DNA from: Octopus vulgaris
Lineage: Eukaryota
NCBI GenBank assembly: GCA_951406725.2
Contig: OX597838.1
Location: forward strand, 6,076,001-6,140,000
Length of the DNA: 64,000 nucleotides
Direction: 5' to 3'
This document shows positions 1 through 12,239 of the stretch, piece by piece. Within the stretch, counting starts at the first letter, position 1; every line of letters begins with the position of its first letter. The notes under the pieces are model-generated. The model saw only the letters and a list, made by a program, of their open reading frames with translations, did not search any database and had not been told where the DNA came from. The translations under genes and the position numbers were made by a program.

Positions 1-1519
1 TATGAATGATATTTTGGAGGATAATGCGATTAATAAAACATAACAAATTATCAGCTAAGCATATTACAAACATTGAGAATCCTAGGCATTCATACACTCT
101 ATACATTTATCTAATCACGTAATTATGATGTTTGATTTCTATCGATGACGTCATGGAAATATGTAACTTATCGAACGACGTGTTTTAGGAATTTATCTAC
201 ATGATTTCCGTTTCAGGAAATGAATTTAGTTCAGGTTTTTTTTAGTCATAATCACATATATGGAACTTAACTGTTACGCGCTCTTACTACACAAAATCTG
301 ATATTAACAGAGACACAAAGACCACACAGACACACACACTTGCGCACACGCACATACAGACGCCTCCACAGAAGTTCTTATAACAGCCAAAATATAGGCT
401 TCGAGTGCGTGAAATATTCCATTTTCGGAACAGTGAATCTGGAAGCATTCAAACTATTATATAGTAGCCGGTAAATGTTGGCTAAAACCCATTCAGAATA
501 CGAATTTTAAAGGTTGTCTACTATAGGATTCGAAACCGCATTTCCTTTAAGTATGATAAAGATATTCACATGAATATCCTACTTTTTCTGAAATTTTTTT
601 TTTTTTTTTTGGGCCAAGTAGTACAACGCTTGTTATGTTTCCAAGAGAAGCAGTTTCGAATTCCAGAGGCAGTCTTAGGCATATTCTGCGAAAGCATTTT
701 AATCCACCTTATTACCATATTTACAAAGCAATGAGATGGTAGAATCGTTTGCACGCTTGACGAAATACTTAGCAATTTTTCATGCGTCGCTGTCAACAAA
801 ATAAGGCGCAATTTGCTTCTAAAGTAAGCTAAAATTAACTGCTATCAAATGTCAAAAGGAAAATTAACAACACATATAACATAGACAAAAGTCAATCAAA
901 AATATCATAGCTCTATTTGCGAAAAGTGAAATTAGTTTCTTGCCAACCCAATAATATTGCTAGTTTTAGTAAGTATATGCGTATTGGGCAAATTTCAACA
1001 CCCGTGAAGTTGCTAATCCAATTATTCCCACCCCTATTTTGTGAATAATCTACTCTGCCAACGTCTAGGTGAATGCTTTCGTTTTAATAAGAATTGAGAA
1101 TGCGAAATTTCTGTTGCCCGATCCTCAAATCATGTATAGTTTAAGATATTATTTGATGTGCTACTCAATCTGACGTCACAGAATGAATTAAATATACATG
1201 TGAGCCTGTGTAGGCGCGCGCACGTACGTCAAAGCTTCTTGCGCAGGACGAAGTCATTGTGGGAATATTCATTTAATTAGAATTGTAAGTGTATTACATA
1301 TATATCTTGAGATTAAAGACAGAGTAGGTATTTCACTTGTGTAATGTGCGATGTCGAAATTAATTATATCGGAGTCAGTAAAGAAGAGAGTCTTTGACAA
1401 TCTCTCAACGCAAGATTTAAAGTGAGACATTCAACCATCAATCGTTTAATACTTATGAAAGTGCTTACATGAAGCCATTGCATATACTTCCACACAGCAT
1501 AATTAATACGTTTATACGC

Positions 1520-1847
1520 AATATATTCATATACATACATACATATATATATATATATATGTATATACATATACATGTATATATATCCATATATATGCAT
1601 GTATATATATATGTATATATATCCATATATATGCATGTATATATATGTATATATATCCATATATATGCATGTATATATATATGTATATATATTCATATAT
1701 ATGTATATATATTCATATATATGCATGTATATTTATATATATACAGGCATATATATGCATATATATTTATAAGCATATGTATTCATATACGTGCATATAT
1801 ATTTATATATATACAGGCATATATATGCATTCATATACGTACATATA

Positions 1848-1890
<43 letters not shown>
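1520..1890. repeat. Compound (TA)n microsatellite with higher-order ~32-40 bp units
   Basis: Recurrent units such as atatatccatatatatgcatgtatatatatatgt and atttatatatatacaggcatatatatgcat; source of the spurious Y/I/M/C ORFs. Confidence 0.95.
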
Positions 1891-1891
<1 letters not shown>

Positions 1892-1943
1892 GATGAAAGA
1901 GAGGGGTACAGTTAATATTACTGTTGTTATAGTTATTATTACT

Positions 1944-2247
1944 GGCGAGCTGGTGGTTAGAGCAGCAGACTCGCTTTCGATGGATCACGGGTTTGAATCT
2001 CAGACCGGCTGATGTGTGTGTGTTTAGAGGCAAACCATAAGCTCTACGCAGTTCCGACAAATGGTAATTACGAACTTCTTCTGACTCTTTTGCCACAACA
2101 TTCTCTCACTCTTTCCTCCTGCATCTAGCAGCTCACCAGCGACGGGCTGACTTCCCGTCCAGATGGGAAACCTATACGCCAAAGAAACCGGGAAAGTGGC
2201 CCTTATTAGCCGAGCATGGCTCATGTAGGAACAATCAACAACAACAA
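1944..2247 (+). mobile_element. tRNA-derived SINE family C, diverged, (AAC)n tail
   Basis: A-box-like tggtggttagagc and B-box-like gggtttgaatctc; body matches copies at 8707 and 42570 (ccacaacattctctcactcttt, cccgtccag, gaaaccgggaaa); ends caacaacaacaa. Confidence 0.8.
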
Positions 2248-2423
2248 TTTCACAAAGTTGACCAAGATGCTACGAAACAAAACCAATTTCTCATGATTGG
2301 TAATGGGAATTTCTCCGAAATACGGATCGGCTCCACATGCAGGCAAACTTAATATCTTCTCTCCTGACATGTTTAATCACCACATCTCGAGTTGAATGTT
2401 TTACAACATTCGTTTCTCCTAAG

Positions 2424-2470
<47 letters not shown>

Positions 2471-2475
<5 letters not shown>

Positions 2476-2700
2476 TATATTACATTATATTAGAGACAAA
2501 ATAGTTTAAAACTCGCCAAGAAGGTTTTGAAACTACCTGAAGAATGTCTCAAAGATGTGCTGACACGAAACGATCGTAGTGGTTATTTATAATTGTTAAA
2601 TTTTAATTTATATAAATTATTTTATGTATTGGCTTTAGTCTTTCTTTATTTGATTTGCATAATATGGTTTTGTCTCTAATATAATATAATATAATATAAT
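2471..2700 (+). mobile_element. Short TA-flanked hammerhead-bearing element with inverted termini (Penelope pLTR/retrozyme-like)
   Basis: Left end tatattatattacattatattagagacaaaa is the near-perfect reverse complement of right end ttttgtctctaatataatataatataatata; internal hammerhead; (TA)n tract on the left and AT-rich simple repeat on the right. Confidence 0.6.
2531..2584 (+). ncRNA. Minimal type I hammerhead ribozyme (canonical CUGAAGA/GAAA core, GUA site)
   Basis: Stem I aactac/gtggtt; CTGAAGA 2537-2543; stem II tgtc/gaca with A.C at the closing pair; GAAA 2567-2570; C-[GATC]-G palindromic stem III; predicted cleavage after A2578. Confidence 0.75.
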
Positions 2701-2711
2701 ATATAATATAA

Positions 2712-2790
2712 TATTTTACTATAAAATTGGATTCAATCCTAAATCTGATTTTTCCCTGTAAATTTGGATTTATTCCCTAATATTTATAAT
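2712..2790 (+). repeat. TA-adjacent repeat end shared with 21380-21450
   Basis: taaatctgatttttccctgtaaatttggatttattccctaata resembles taaattgatttttttccatataagtttggaataatattccctaata; both run into (TA)n. Confidence 0.55.
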
Positions 2791-3219
2791 ATATATATAT
2801 GTATATATATACATTAGTGTGTGTTTGTGTATACAGAAATGCTTCTAGCTATCACTTTATATCACCATATTTTTCTATTACATATTCTGGAAAAAAAAAC
2901 TAACGATATATTACTGACATTTATCCAGAAAAAAATATCCACGATTTTATAGTATGAATACCAATGTATGTCTTCACTCAACTGGGCTCAATAAAATTTA
3001 TTCCATGAGCAACTTGACATTCGCAATTTCCATAAAGCTTGAAATGGCAATTTAGCGTAGCTAAATCTCGTAATATTAGAATAATATAGATTGTCGTTAT
3101 ACCGCATTTCATCCAGCTGTATTGTCTTATATGAACATATGCATAAATTCAAATACATATATGTATTTGCCTGTACCTGTACATGTATAAATCCATACGT
3201 GTCCATATGTATGTGCATC

Positions 3220-3364
3220 GTGGTAAGTAGCTTGCTAACCAACCACATGGTTCCGGGTTCAGTCCCACTGCGTGGCACTTTGGGCAAGTGTCTTCTGCTA
3301 TAGCCCCGGGCCGAACAGTGCCTTGTGAGTGGATTTGGTAGACGGAAACTGAAAGAAGCCTGTC

Positions 3365-3420
<56 letters not shown>

Positions 3421-3646
3421 ATATGTGTTTGTGTGTCTGTGTTTGTCTCCCTAGCATTGCTTGACAACCGATGCTGGTGTGTTTACGTCCCCGTCACTTA
3501 GCGGTTCGGCGAAAGAGACCGATAGAATGAGTACTGGGCTTACAAAGAATAAGTCCCGGGGTCGATTTGCTCGACTAAAGGCGGTGCTCCAGCATGGCCG
3601 CAGTCAAATGACTGAAACAAGTAAAAGAGTAAAAATAGTAAAGAGT
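3220..3646 (+). mobile_element. tRNA-derived SINE family A, young, slightly 5'-truncated, with internal (TA)n(TG)n
   Basis: gtggtaagtagcttgct...ggttccgggttcagtccc head, ttgggcaagtgtct CORE-like motif, gaaacaagtaaaagagt tail; near-identical to the 36374 copy. Confidence 0.92.
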
Positions 3647-4079
3647 ATATATATATATATATGTCTGTGTGTGTGTGTGTGTGTATATATATATGTATAT
3701 AACGCAAACGTATTCATATATATATGAAAATGTACAAATGTATTAGTGTTTTCTTCTACCGTTTTCACAAATCTGTTTTGCTAGAAACAGCGAAATCAGA
3801 CATGTAACAATTTTGGACATATACTAAACGATGTTTAGAAATCAATGTTGTTGTTTTTTTCTCTGTGTGTGCGTGCGTGTGATAACGCTTTTACACAATG
3901 TTTGGATTTAAAGACAGCTGGTCATTGTAATTAAATTTGTTGATAAACCGTGCTTCAAACTTAAACGGATGCATTGACTTGATGATGAGTCTTATTTCAA
4001 GTGTCCCATAATATTTTTATTTATTTATTTAAGAGGCCTCGTAGGCATGCTTGCGTGTGTGTATGTGCGTGTGTATGGG

Positions 4080-4229
4080 TGCGTGTCTGGTAACCTTGCT
4101 TCGCAACTACACTTTTCCGGGTTCAGTTTTACTGCGTGACCAATGTCTTCTGCTGTAGACGAGGTCGACCAAAGCCCTGCAAGTTGATCTGCAAGATGAC
4201 AACTGAAAGGAGTCTTCAGTTTATGTAAC

Positions 4230-4285
<56 letters not shown>

Positions 4286-4487
4286 TGTCTATTTCCCTAT
4301 CTGTCAATCTACCTATTTGTTATCTATCTTTGTTTCGCCAACCACGGCTTGACAACCGGTGTTGGTTTGTTTGTGTTCCAAACTTAAAATTTAGTACCGT
4401 TTGAGATTAATGCAACTGAAGCATTGATGGTGGTGTCTCATCATTGCTCTTGGCCAGCGATTGAAACAACTAAATGATAAAAAGATA
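4080..4487 (+). mobile_element. SINE family A, old degenerate copy
   Basis: ccgggttcag, gaccaaagccc, aactgaaagga, internal (TA)n, gcttgacaaccggtgttggtttgttt, ttgaaacaactaaa. Confidence 0.7.
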
Positions 4488-5524
4488 ATCATTCAAACTT
4501 AAACAGAAGTCTTCGATAACGGTGAATAGTTCTCCCATTTGACTTCCGGCTAAAATATGGATATTTGGATGAAATAATACTATTGCAGACACTTCGAAAG
4601 AAATGTGCCCAGGAAATTTCGGCGCTTGTTTCGCATCCGATAAAGTTTTAAATAACAATATCTAACATAATTGCAATGCCGTACATTTGGTCAAATGCCA
4701 TATTGGAATATATCACCCGCAGTATAGTTGCAGTGATTTATATTATCAAAGCGATTTTGTTATGCAAAAAAATCCATTTATTGCGCAGAAGAAAATTACT
4801 AGTTTTCCGTCGATTTCTATTGTAAAATTCTCCATATAATAATAGATAAATGCTGGCCGGTTGTCTTTCCTAGTCGTGGTTTGCAGAGCGATTGCGGACG
4901 GAGGAAAGGTTACGTATAGATAGCCAACATAATCTAAGTTCGGTCGATGGACGCTAAAATGACCAGCAGGGGTGGGATTATTGGAAAGATGACAAGTTAC
5001 GTTGTCGACAGACGACAGATGCTTGACACACGCTTACACACATTCTTTCGCATGCAATCTTTTCTTCATTTCACGTGCATGCGCAGATAAGTACAGTTTA
5101 ATTAGTAGGATAACCTTGACACGGCAGAGAACATGTAAATGGATAAATAAGCAGTGAATTGATAGTACCATATGTTTAATCTTCCGCATGTCTCTAACGT
5201 ATATGTAAAATATTTAATTTTAATAGTGATTGATCTACCATGATTTCAAAATTCTACTTCAAAATTTCCATGTTGTATGAAGAGTTGCACTCAAGAAATT
5301 TTAAGACTACGATTCAATTGAAATGACAACATATTTCTGGGGAAACAGTTGAACTATTCACGCCATAAGACACATTAACGTTCTTTAAGCATTGCCCGTG
5401 TGAAAAAGTATTTCTTCTACATTGGTATTTTACTAGGCGGAGAAGACAGTATATTTTGTTAAATAATCAAACTACCGTTACTCTTTGTTTCTAGGTCATC
5501 CTATCTCGTTTAACCTAGATGAGA

Positions 5525-5590
5525 TTCTTTCAGTTTCTCTCTATCAAATCCACTCACCATGCCTTGGTTGTTCAGGATTTATAGTAGAAG
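5525..5590 (-). mobile_element. SINE family A fragment
   Basis: ttctttcagtttc...tcaaatccactcac...atagtagaag is the reverse complement of the family A body. Confidence 0.6.
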
Positions 5591-6333
5591 CAAAGATAAG
5601 CCGTTTTTCGGTATTCCGTTTTATAAGATCATCTCTCTTATCAGCGACATACGACTGGTATATTTTCGTTCGAAAAACTACGGCGTTAAGGAAAACAAAA
5701 TGACCAGTATCAGACAGACCCTATACTAACTAATTGCTTTCAAGGATATCCGTTAGGTAATTTTATAGATCTCTAAACATATGATAGCACTTATGTGGAC
5801 AGTCCTAAATAATGGTTTCCTCGATAACCAGCAGATAGCTTTCACCAAAAATATTAAGAGCAGGACCAGAATATAAAATGGTTTTCAATCCTGAAACAGC
5901 GGTGTGATTGCATGAAGATTTCACTGCTACGTTTAGCATATACAATGCCTGCGTCAAAGTTGTCTCCTTGACTGTTGGTAGCAATAAGTAGACTGACGTA
6001 AACTTTTCGGTAATACAACAGTTAACCTAAGGTCGCAGCGCCATGTTAACATCTATTTGATATAATTTTGTTTCTGTTCGCTCGAATTCTTTTGCAAATT
6101 GGATAAAAGACTGCAATTAAAATGGTTGTTTCGTTTAAGTGGAGAATTCCTGCAAGCTTTTGTAGGAAGAAAATCTATAATGCAATTCACAGAAACAAGA
6201 ATCAGAAGATTTTTAAAACAACTAGTCTCGATTAACTAAAAACTACAAAAAGCCGGACGTACATACGTATAATATATGCATACACACATATACAGACATA
6301 TATACTTATACTCGTGCATCGATATGTATACGT

Positions 6334-6335
6334 TT

Positions 6336-6377
<42 letters not shown>

Positions 6378-6401
6378 CGCTTACACATATATATGTTTAT
6401 T

Positions 6402-6442
<41 letters not shown>

Positions 6443-6466
6443 CGCTTACACATATATATGTTTATT

Positions 6467-6509
<43 letters not shown>

Positions 6510-6533
6510 CGCTTACACATATATATGTTTATT

Positions 6534-6577
<44 letters not shown>
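6334..6577. repeat. Tandem repeat of gtttatttgtgtgt-(AT)n-aacgcttacacatatatat, ~3.5 copies
   Basis: aacgcttacacatatatatgtttatttgtgtgt occurs three times, separated by variable (AT)n. Confidence 0.92.
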
Positions 6578-6580
<3 letters not shown>

Positions 6581-6616
6581 CACACATGTATAAACTACTG
6601 CTATTATTTTTACACC

Positions 6617-6797
6617 GGTAGGCTAGGAGAATAGTAAGCATCTCTTCTGAATTTACACTTTGTTCAAATTCCGTCTAAATTGACTTTGCCATTCTCCAAT
6701 TCAGAATCGATAAATAATATCAGCCGAGCACCGGCGTTGATGTAATCATCTATCTCACTACCCTATAATTGATAAGCTTCTGTTACAATTGCTAACC
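6617..6797 (+). mobile_element. SINE family B, degenerate
   Basis: gttcaaattccg...tgactttgcc...tcgataaa...agcaccggcgttgatgtaatc matches the well-preserved copy at 61933. Confidence 0.6.
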
Positions 6798-6879
6798 TTC
6801 TGTCACAACCCCATCATGACCATCACTTCGTAGATGAGGTTTAGTTTATTCTGAATTGTTTCGACATATGTAGCAGATT

Positions 6880-7500
6880 TGATTGTCCTGTATTTATTTA
6901 ATATCACCTTCATAATTCGTTAGATTAATTGATAAAAAACATGTGAAATTATGCTTGGTAGAAAGAAACACAATTGATCTTCTAATACCATACACTATAT
7001 ATTTAAGATGTCGTGGTAAAGAGAGACATGAGGTAGCAATGTCTGATTTCTGCTCTGCAAAAACAGACAATAATCCACGGAACTGTCCGTTGATACTAAA
7101 ATTCCCAAATACATGACAATTTATTCAGTGATTGATCTCTTCAAAAACCATTAGTAAAATCCCAATATTATATTTGCTGTCCTTCCGCTGGGTTATTATA
7201 GATATTGTTCTATAAACTCTTTCATGTAACCTCCTACTGCCCCAAATGTATGAAGTACATCAATTGAAGAGTTTGTTTCCATTCGGAGATTCAGTTCTGT
7301 TTATTGTTAAATGCATTCGTTTAAAGTCCTGTTCTTGTAGTTTTCTAATATCACCTCTAGGGACAGATTTTAACTGTCGATTCTCTCAATAGATTTGAAA
7401 ATATACCTGTCTCCCTCAATAGTGACTTAGCAATGTTTGCGTTTTAACAGAAACTGCAGTCGATGTGATCCTTCTGTTGCAGTTTGAATCCCAAAGAATA
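6880..7500 (-). pseudogene. Highly decayed Ty3/gypsy-like reverse transcriptase relic
   Basis: Minus-strand fragments in the expected order: EGSHRL (DGSxRL), GIFSNL (xIFSKLD), VMYLGILVSTDS (VxYLGxxISxDG), FLPSI (RFLPN); many stops and frameshifts; manual match only. Confidence 0.35.
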
Positions 7501-8706
7501 ATTGCGTAATAGAAATTACAGCATATTATGGTATAAGCCTGACCTCAAGTAATGACAAGATGTTTGAATGTGTGTGTGTAGCGGGGAGATGTTTTGCAAC
7601 TGTTGTTGTTTAGGCACAAACCATCTCTGAATAAGCATGTCTATCACTATAGGATTTGCTTTTATACAAGTGGTCTGCGATGTTCTGAAATCTTTAACTT
7701 TCATACGTTTCACATGACACGAGGGTCAGATGTCCCTGGCATCCATGCATCTTCTATGACACACATTCACAATTGTGTTTTCGTCCGTGGTGTAACTTAG
7801 GACTTTAAAATACAGCGCCATTTGCCATTTCTTCCGCTCTAAATAGTATTTTCCCATGATGTAAAGAGGGATTCCGATCTATATCTATATCCACTTAAGA
7901 TGAATCAACTCCAAAATAATATAAAAATCAATAATTCTAGAACTACGGCAGAATCGACGCAAATTTTAAAATTCAATAAGTTACCTTTTCTTATTCATTT
8001 TTTTCCCCTTTAAGCGAATGCATTTAACAATAACCCCATTACGTAATTCCAGTCAGAAACAATTTCCTCATTCTGACGTCAGTAAAAGACTTTAGGATAA
8101 CTTTGAACGTCACATCCTCAATGTAATATGATGTCGCAGGTATTTGTGTCGCTGTAAGAAAAATCGATATTTTGATAAGAACACGCAGACTAAGTTTATT
8201 TGTGATGCATACATAATTGCAGTTCCATTACAACTGATGGTATCACCGATACAGAGCTCAACAAACGCACAATGGCATTAATTTAATAAAATGTAACACG
8301 TGAAGATAGATACATGTATAAAATTAACTCTTTGCCGTGCAAAACATTTTAAGTTTATCCTAAACGTCCATACTTCTTTCCAGACTTGGTTATGCCTTCT
8401 AAGAAAAAAAATGTTTTCCTTTCTCAAGTACAGAGTTACATAGGTGTTAGAAAAAAAATTGTGAATTGTAGAAGATGCATAGATATCAGGGAAATACGAC
8501 CCGCGTATCCCCAGTGATAAGAAGGACAGGCAGAGTATTAAGTTATGTTACATGGTGAATATATTACTTGTGAACACACGCAACGATTTACGTATATGTA
8601 TGTTTGTATCAAGACGTACGTCTATATATGTATATATGTGAGTACATGTTTATAGATGTGTGCGCATCTATGTATATGTGCAATATGTATCTATCTCTTT
8701 CTCTTT

Positions 8707-8993
8707 CCAGTGGTTAGGGTAGCGGACTCGGGGTTGTAGGATCGCGGTTTCGATTCACAGACTAGGCATTGTGAGTGTTTATTGAACGAAAACACCTAGA
8801 ATTCCACGAGGTTCTAGAAGCGGATGGTAGCGATCCCTGCTGTACTCTTTCGCAGCAACTTTCTCTCACTCATTCTCTTGTTGGCCTTCTCGCTTAGCCA
8901 GCGGGATGGTGTCATTTCAAAAGCTATAACACTGTGAAGCGCATAGTGACCAGCGATGTGCAGTAACATCTGATAGCCTGATCGGCCACATGA
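8707..8993 (+). mobile_element. SINE family C with alternative (RTE-like) 3' tail
   Basis: cagtggttagggtagcggactcg...gcggtttcgattc head shared with 42570; tail cgcttagccagcggg...gtgaccagcgatgtg...tgatagcctgatcgg shared with 28499. Confidence 0.88.
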
Positions 8994-9003
8994 TATATAC
9001 ATA

Positions 9004-9181
9004 TGAGGTATACTAGCCATCTCAATGTGGCTAACCACTAAGGGTGGGTGTTACTGTAGCTTGTAGACCCAGGAGAACATCGTTTCCAGCTGGCTTTAGG
9101 CACGATGTTATCCTGGGTCTGCAAGCTACAGTAACACCCACCTTTAGTGGTTAGCCACATTGAGATGGAAAGTATACCTCA
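9004..9181. repeat. Long fold-back palindrome (MITE-like), ~80 bp arms, 18 nt loop
   Basis: tgaggtatac...gaacatcgt versus acgatgttatc...gtatacctca, 5 mismatches by eye. Confidence 0.93.
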
Positions 9182-9229
9182 CATTGTCGTGCAGTTACTG
9201 TTTATATCTCGTTTGGAGATTTATCACTG

Positions 9230-9279
<50 letters not shown>

Positions 9280-9924
9280 ATACCTCAAACAAAAGAGTGT
9301 ATTGAAGCATGTGTATAAGTAAGTGTATATAAATGGGAAAGGCTTTTAACAGATGCAAGCAATCACAACTTTAAGTGGTCAAATTGAAAATGATGAAACC
9401 TTCAATTGCTGAAAGAGAATAAAGATATTAGATTTTATATAGATAATTAATTTCAATAAATATCATATTATAGAATAAAATCAAGAATAAATACAGCAAA
9501 CAACACGCAAAATAATAAATAATGGCTGAAAAATAGCATTAATGATAAAGTTTTTTGCATGGTGTCTATCATAACAGAAGTTTGGCAATAGACTGACTAT
9601 TAATCAGGTGGTGCAATTAGAATATTTCTACGTAGTTTGGCATCGCTTTAAAAGAGATCACTTCGACAGACATACGTTCGTCCATTTTATTTTATTACGT
9701 TACGTATATCATTTTGCATCATTCTGCCTGTAATGAACATTGGCAGGGTTATGTAATCAAATAAATGAGAAAAGATCATCGGGTCATGAAAACTGTGTAA
9801 TACAAGTCTATATAATAGGAAATAGCGGAAGAAAACATAAGGGAAATGTTATGAATAGCTTCATTATCAATGGTGATAGGCGATTAAACGATCAACACTC
9901 TATAAATATGTGTGGTTGTTTATG

Positions 9925-9972
<48 letters not shown>

Positions 9973-10269
9973 CACTCTGTGTGTGTGTAAACCCACATGA
10001 CTTCTGAAGTTCGCAACTGGTTTTCTTCAAACTAGGAACATACATTACTAGCGTTCCAGAGATTTTTCAGATAATGAGTAATGGGGCCTCTTGGGCGAGA
10101 GAAAAACACTTTTCTGGGTTAAGTACAACTACTGTGGAAAAGGGAAGTATCTCTGCGAAGTAACTGATCATAAAATCTGCTAACATATTGATATATTGAT
10201 ATTATTTACATGTTTTTTATTAACGTGCATTTGTCATCTTAGTTTATTACGTTATATTTTTTTGAGATG

Positions 10270-10485
10270 ATGTCTCCAAAGAAGAGTTCCTCCATTGGTC
10301 GAAAAACGTCAGCAGGAGATAAATTGAAATGAAGGCGCGCAATTGAAATGTCACATGAGACTTCAATTAGACAATCACAAAATGCTGCATTTATAGATAC
10401 TGACAGAGCAATGGCAATCGATGAACAGCGCAGAATTTGCCTGGCTAGAAATGCTGCATTAACAACTTCAGCCAATGCACCACTC
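10270..10485 (+). pseudogene. Helitron RepHel N-terminal fragment (disrupted)
   Basis: Translates as MSPKKSSSIGRKTSAGDKLK*RRAIEMSHETSIRQSQNAAFIDTDRAMAIDEQRRICLARNAALT, resembling animal Helitron N-termini (MPxKRxxLGRxT...R..ET.EQR..RL); one in-frame stop. Confidence 0.55.
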
Positions 10486-10656
10486 CGCTTACCACGTCAC
10501 TTCTTTCATAAAGATAGATTTCTCTTATGTAGTGTTGTTGAACGCACCCACGGTCTAACTTATCACATAGATGTAGTTTCTGTGTCTGCTTATTGGTCAA
10601 CGTGGTAGTAGAAGCGCCGATAGCCGCTAAGGAGGTTTGTATTTTAAAGGAATACA

Positions 10657-10845
10657 AGGCGGAAGCTGGGGGAAACGAGTAGTTGAATATATTCCGGCTT
10701 TTCGTTTAGATGCCCTTCAGGCCGGTTTTGCATTTCAGCCTTTCGTGATAGATAAAATAAGTACCAGTCAGATACTGTGGTCGGTGAAATCGAGTAACCA
10801 TGCTTCCTTATATTTTAAAGTAACATTATCAATGCCAATAAAGGG
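10657..10845 (+). mobile_element. SINE family B, degenerate
   Basis: aggcggaagctgg head; tttcagcctttcgtgatagataaaataagtaccagtcagatactgtggtcg core. Confidence 0.65.
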
Positions 10846-10883
10846 CTCTCTGATAGGAAAACTCAGATATAAAATTTACTTTG

Positions 10884-10920
<37 letters not shown>

Positions 10921-11260
10921 TATATATAGGAGTGTGTGAGTAAGTGTCAGTATGTGAAAAGCTATATATAGAGATGAAATGCGTTTGGCTTCGAGTTACA
11001 GTAGTTAATATTGGCTGATCAAATCCTCTGGCCTGTGTGTCAATCTACCAAAATAAACAGTATGAAATATATAAGTGACACTCAAAAACCTTCACACACA
11101 CACACACCATATTATATATATATATATATATATTTTAGTGAATACACATACACACATATATATATATACGTATGTATCTGTGAGTATCTCTTTGTATATA
11201 TATATATACATATATATTATATATGTGTGTGTATATGTGAATATATATCTATATATGTGA

Positions 11261-11291
<31 letters not shown>

Positions 11292-11394
11292 CACATACAT
11301 AAATGCATACATGTATGTACAAACGAACGCACACACACACACACATACACTTACATGTGATGCCATAATTGTAAATGTTATAGAACCGAACAAC

Positions 11395-11490
11395 TCAAAT
11401 AAAACTTCAAACAATAAGTACAATAACACGAATAACAGCAACAATAACAACAACAACAACAACACCACCACCAGCAACAAAAACAATGAC
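11395..11490. repeat. (AAC)n-rich low-complexity tract
   Basis: aacaacaacaacaacaccaccaccagcaac. Confidence 0.85.
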
Positions 11491-11723
11491 ACCGACGACC
11501 TAAGAATTTCTAATGGGAAATCAATAACTGATAATTTCATAGCTATCAAATTTTGCAATGATCTTTATCTTTTATAATAGTAATGAGAAATGGAAGAAAA
11601 ATTTTTCGGAAAATGTCAAAACATTCGATGAATGTATTTATTAAGAAACGGAAGATATATGGGTGTGGAGACGAAATACAGATTATGCTAATATTAACAC
11701 TCATACTTATTAAACTATCAAGA

Positions 11724-11878
11724 TGGCGAGCTGGCACAAATGCTAGCACGCTGGACGAAATGCCTAGTAGCATTTCCAGTGCCATTGATGTCCTTGTTCA
11801 AACGCCGATGCGGTAGACTTTTCTTCCCATTCTTTTGAGGTCGAAAAAATACGTATTGTTCCAACACTCTGTTCGAGT
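11724..11878 (+). mobile_element. SINE family B, 5' half
   Basis: tggcgagctggcacaaatgctagcacgctggacgaaatgcctag...gttcaaacgccg. Confidence 0.75.
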
Positions 11879-11939
11879 GTGTGTATGTATGCATGTATGT
11901 ACGTACGTATGTATGTATGTATGTACGTACGTACGTATG

Positions 11940-12128
11940 TGTTCTTTTGACTGTTTGCACGCATCACCGTTTGACAGCTGCTGCTAATGCGTAAATTAAT
12001 GTGTGAATTAGATGTTCGGCAACAATAAACGATGGAAAGAACCACGCTTTAAAAAAAGTAATACTTCTATCAATTCGTTTGAGGAAAACTTCGACGAAGC
12101 TTCCCCAGCTTCCCTGATACAAAAGATA
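11940..12128 (+). mobile_element. SINE family A 3' half, very degenerate, following (GTAT)n
   Basis: caccgtttgacagctg...gttcggcaacaataaacgat...ccccagc...aaaagata. Confidence 0.45.
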
Positions 12129-12239
12129 GCATCGCAGTATGAGGTGGAGTTGACGTCAGCTTTCTAACACTACATTAATCATCAATTACAAGAGTCTCTC
12201 AATATTGTTTGGAACTGCCAAATATACACTTAACGCGAA

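Noticed and set aside
2988-3727. Recurrent ORFs (RQASFSFRLPNPL..., MTTDAGVFTSPS...) seen again at 36324-36793 and 48720-48981
   Set aside because: Translations of non-coding SINE A copies, not a gene family
6334-6577. CRISPR-like repeat-spacer periodicity
   Set aside because: Spacers are just (AT)n, the context is eukaryotic and there are no cas genes
8707-8765. tRNA-like sequences (also 41760-41831 and 42570-42640)
   Set aside because: SINE heads continuing into SINE bodies, with no intact cloverleaf or acceptor stem
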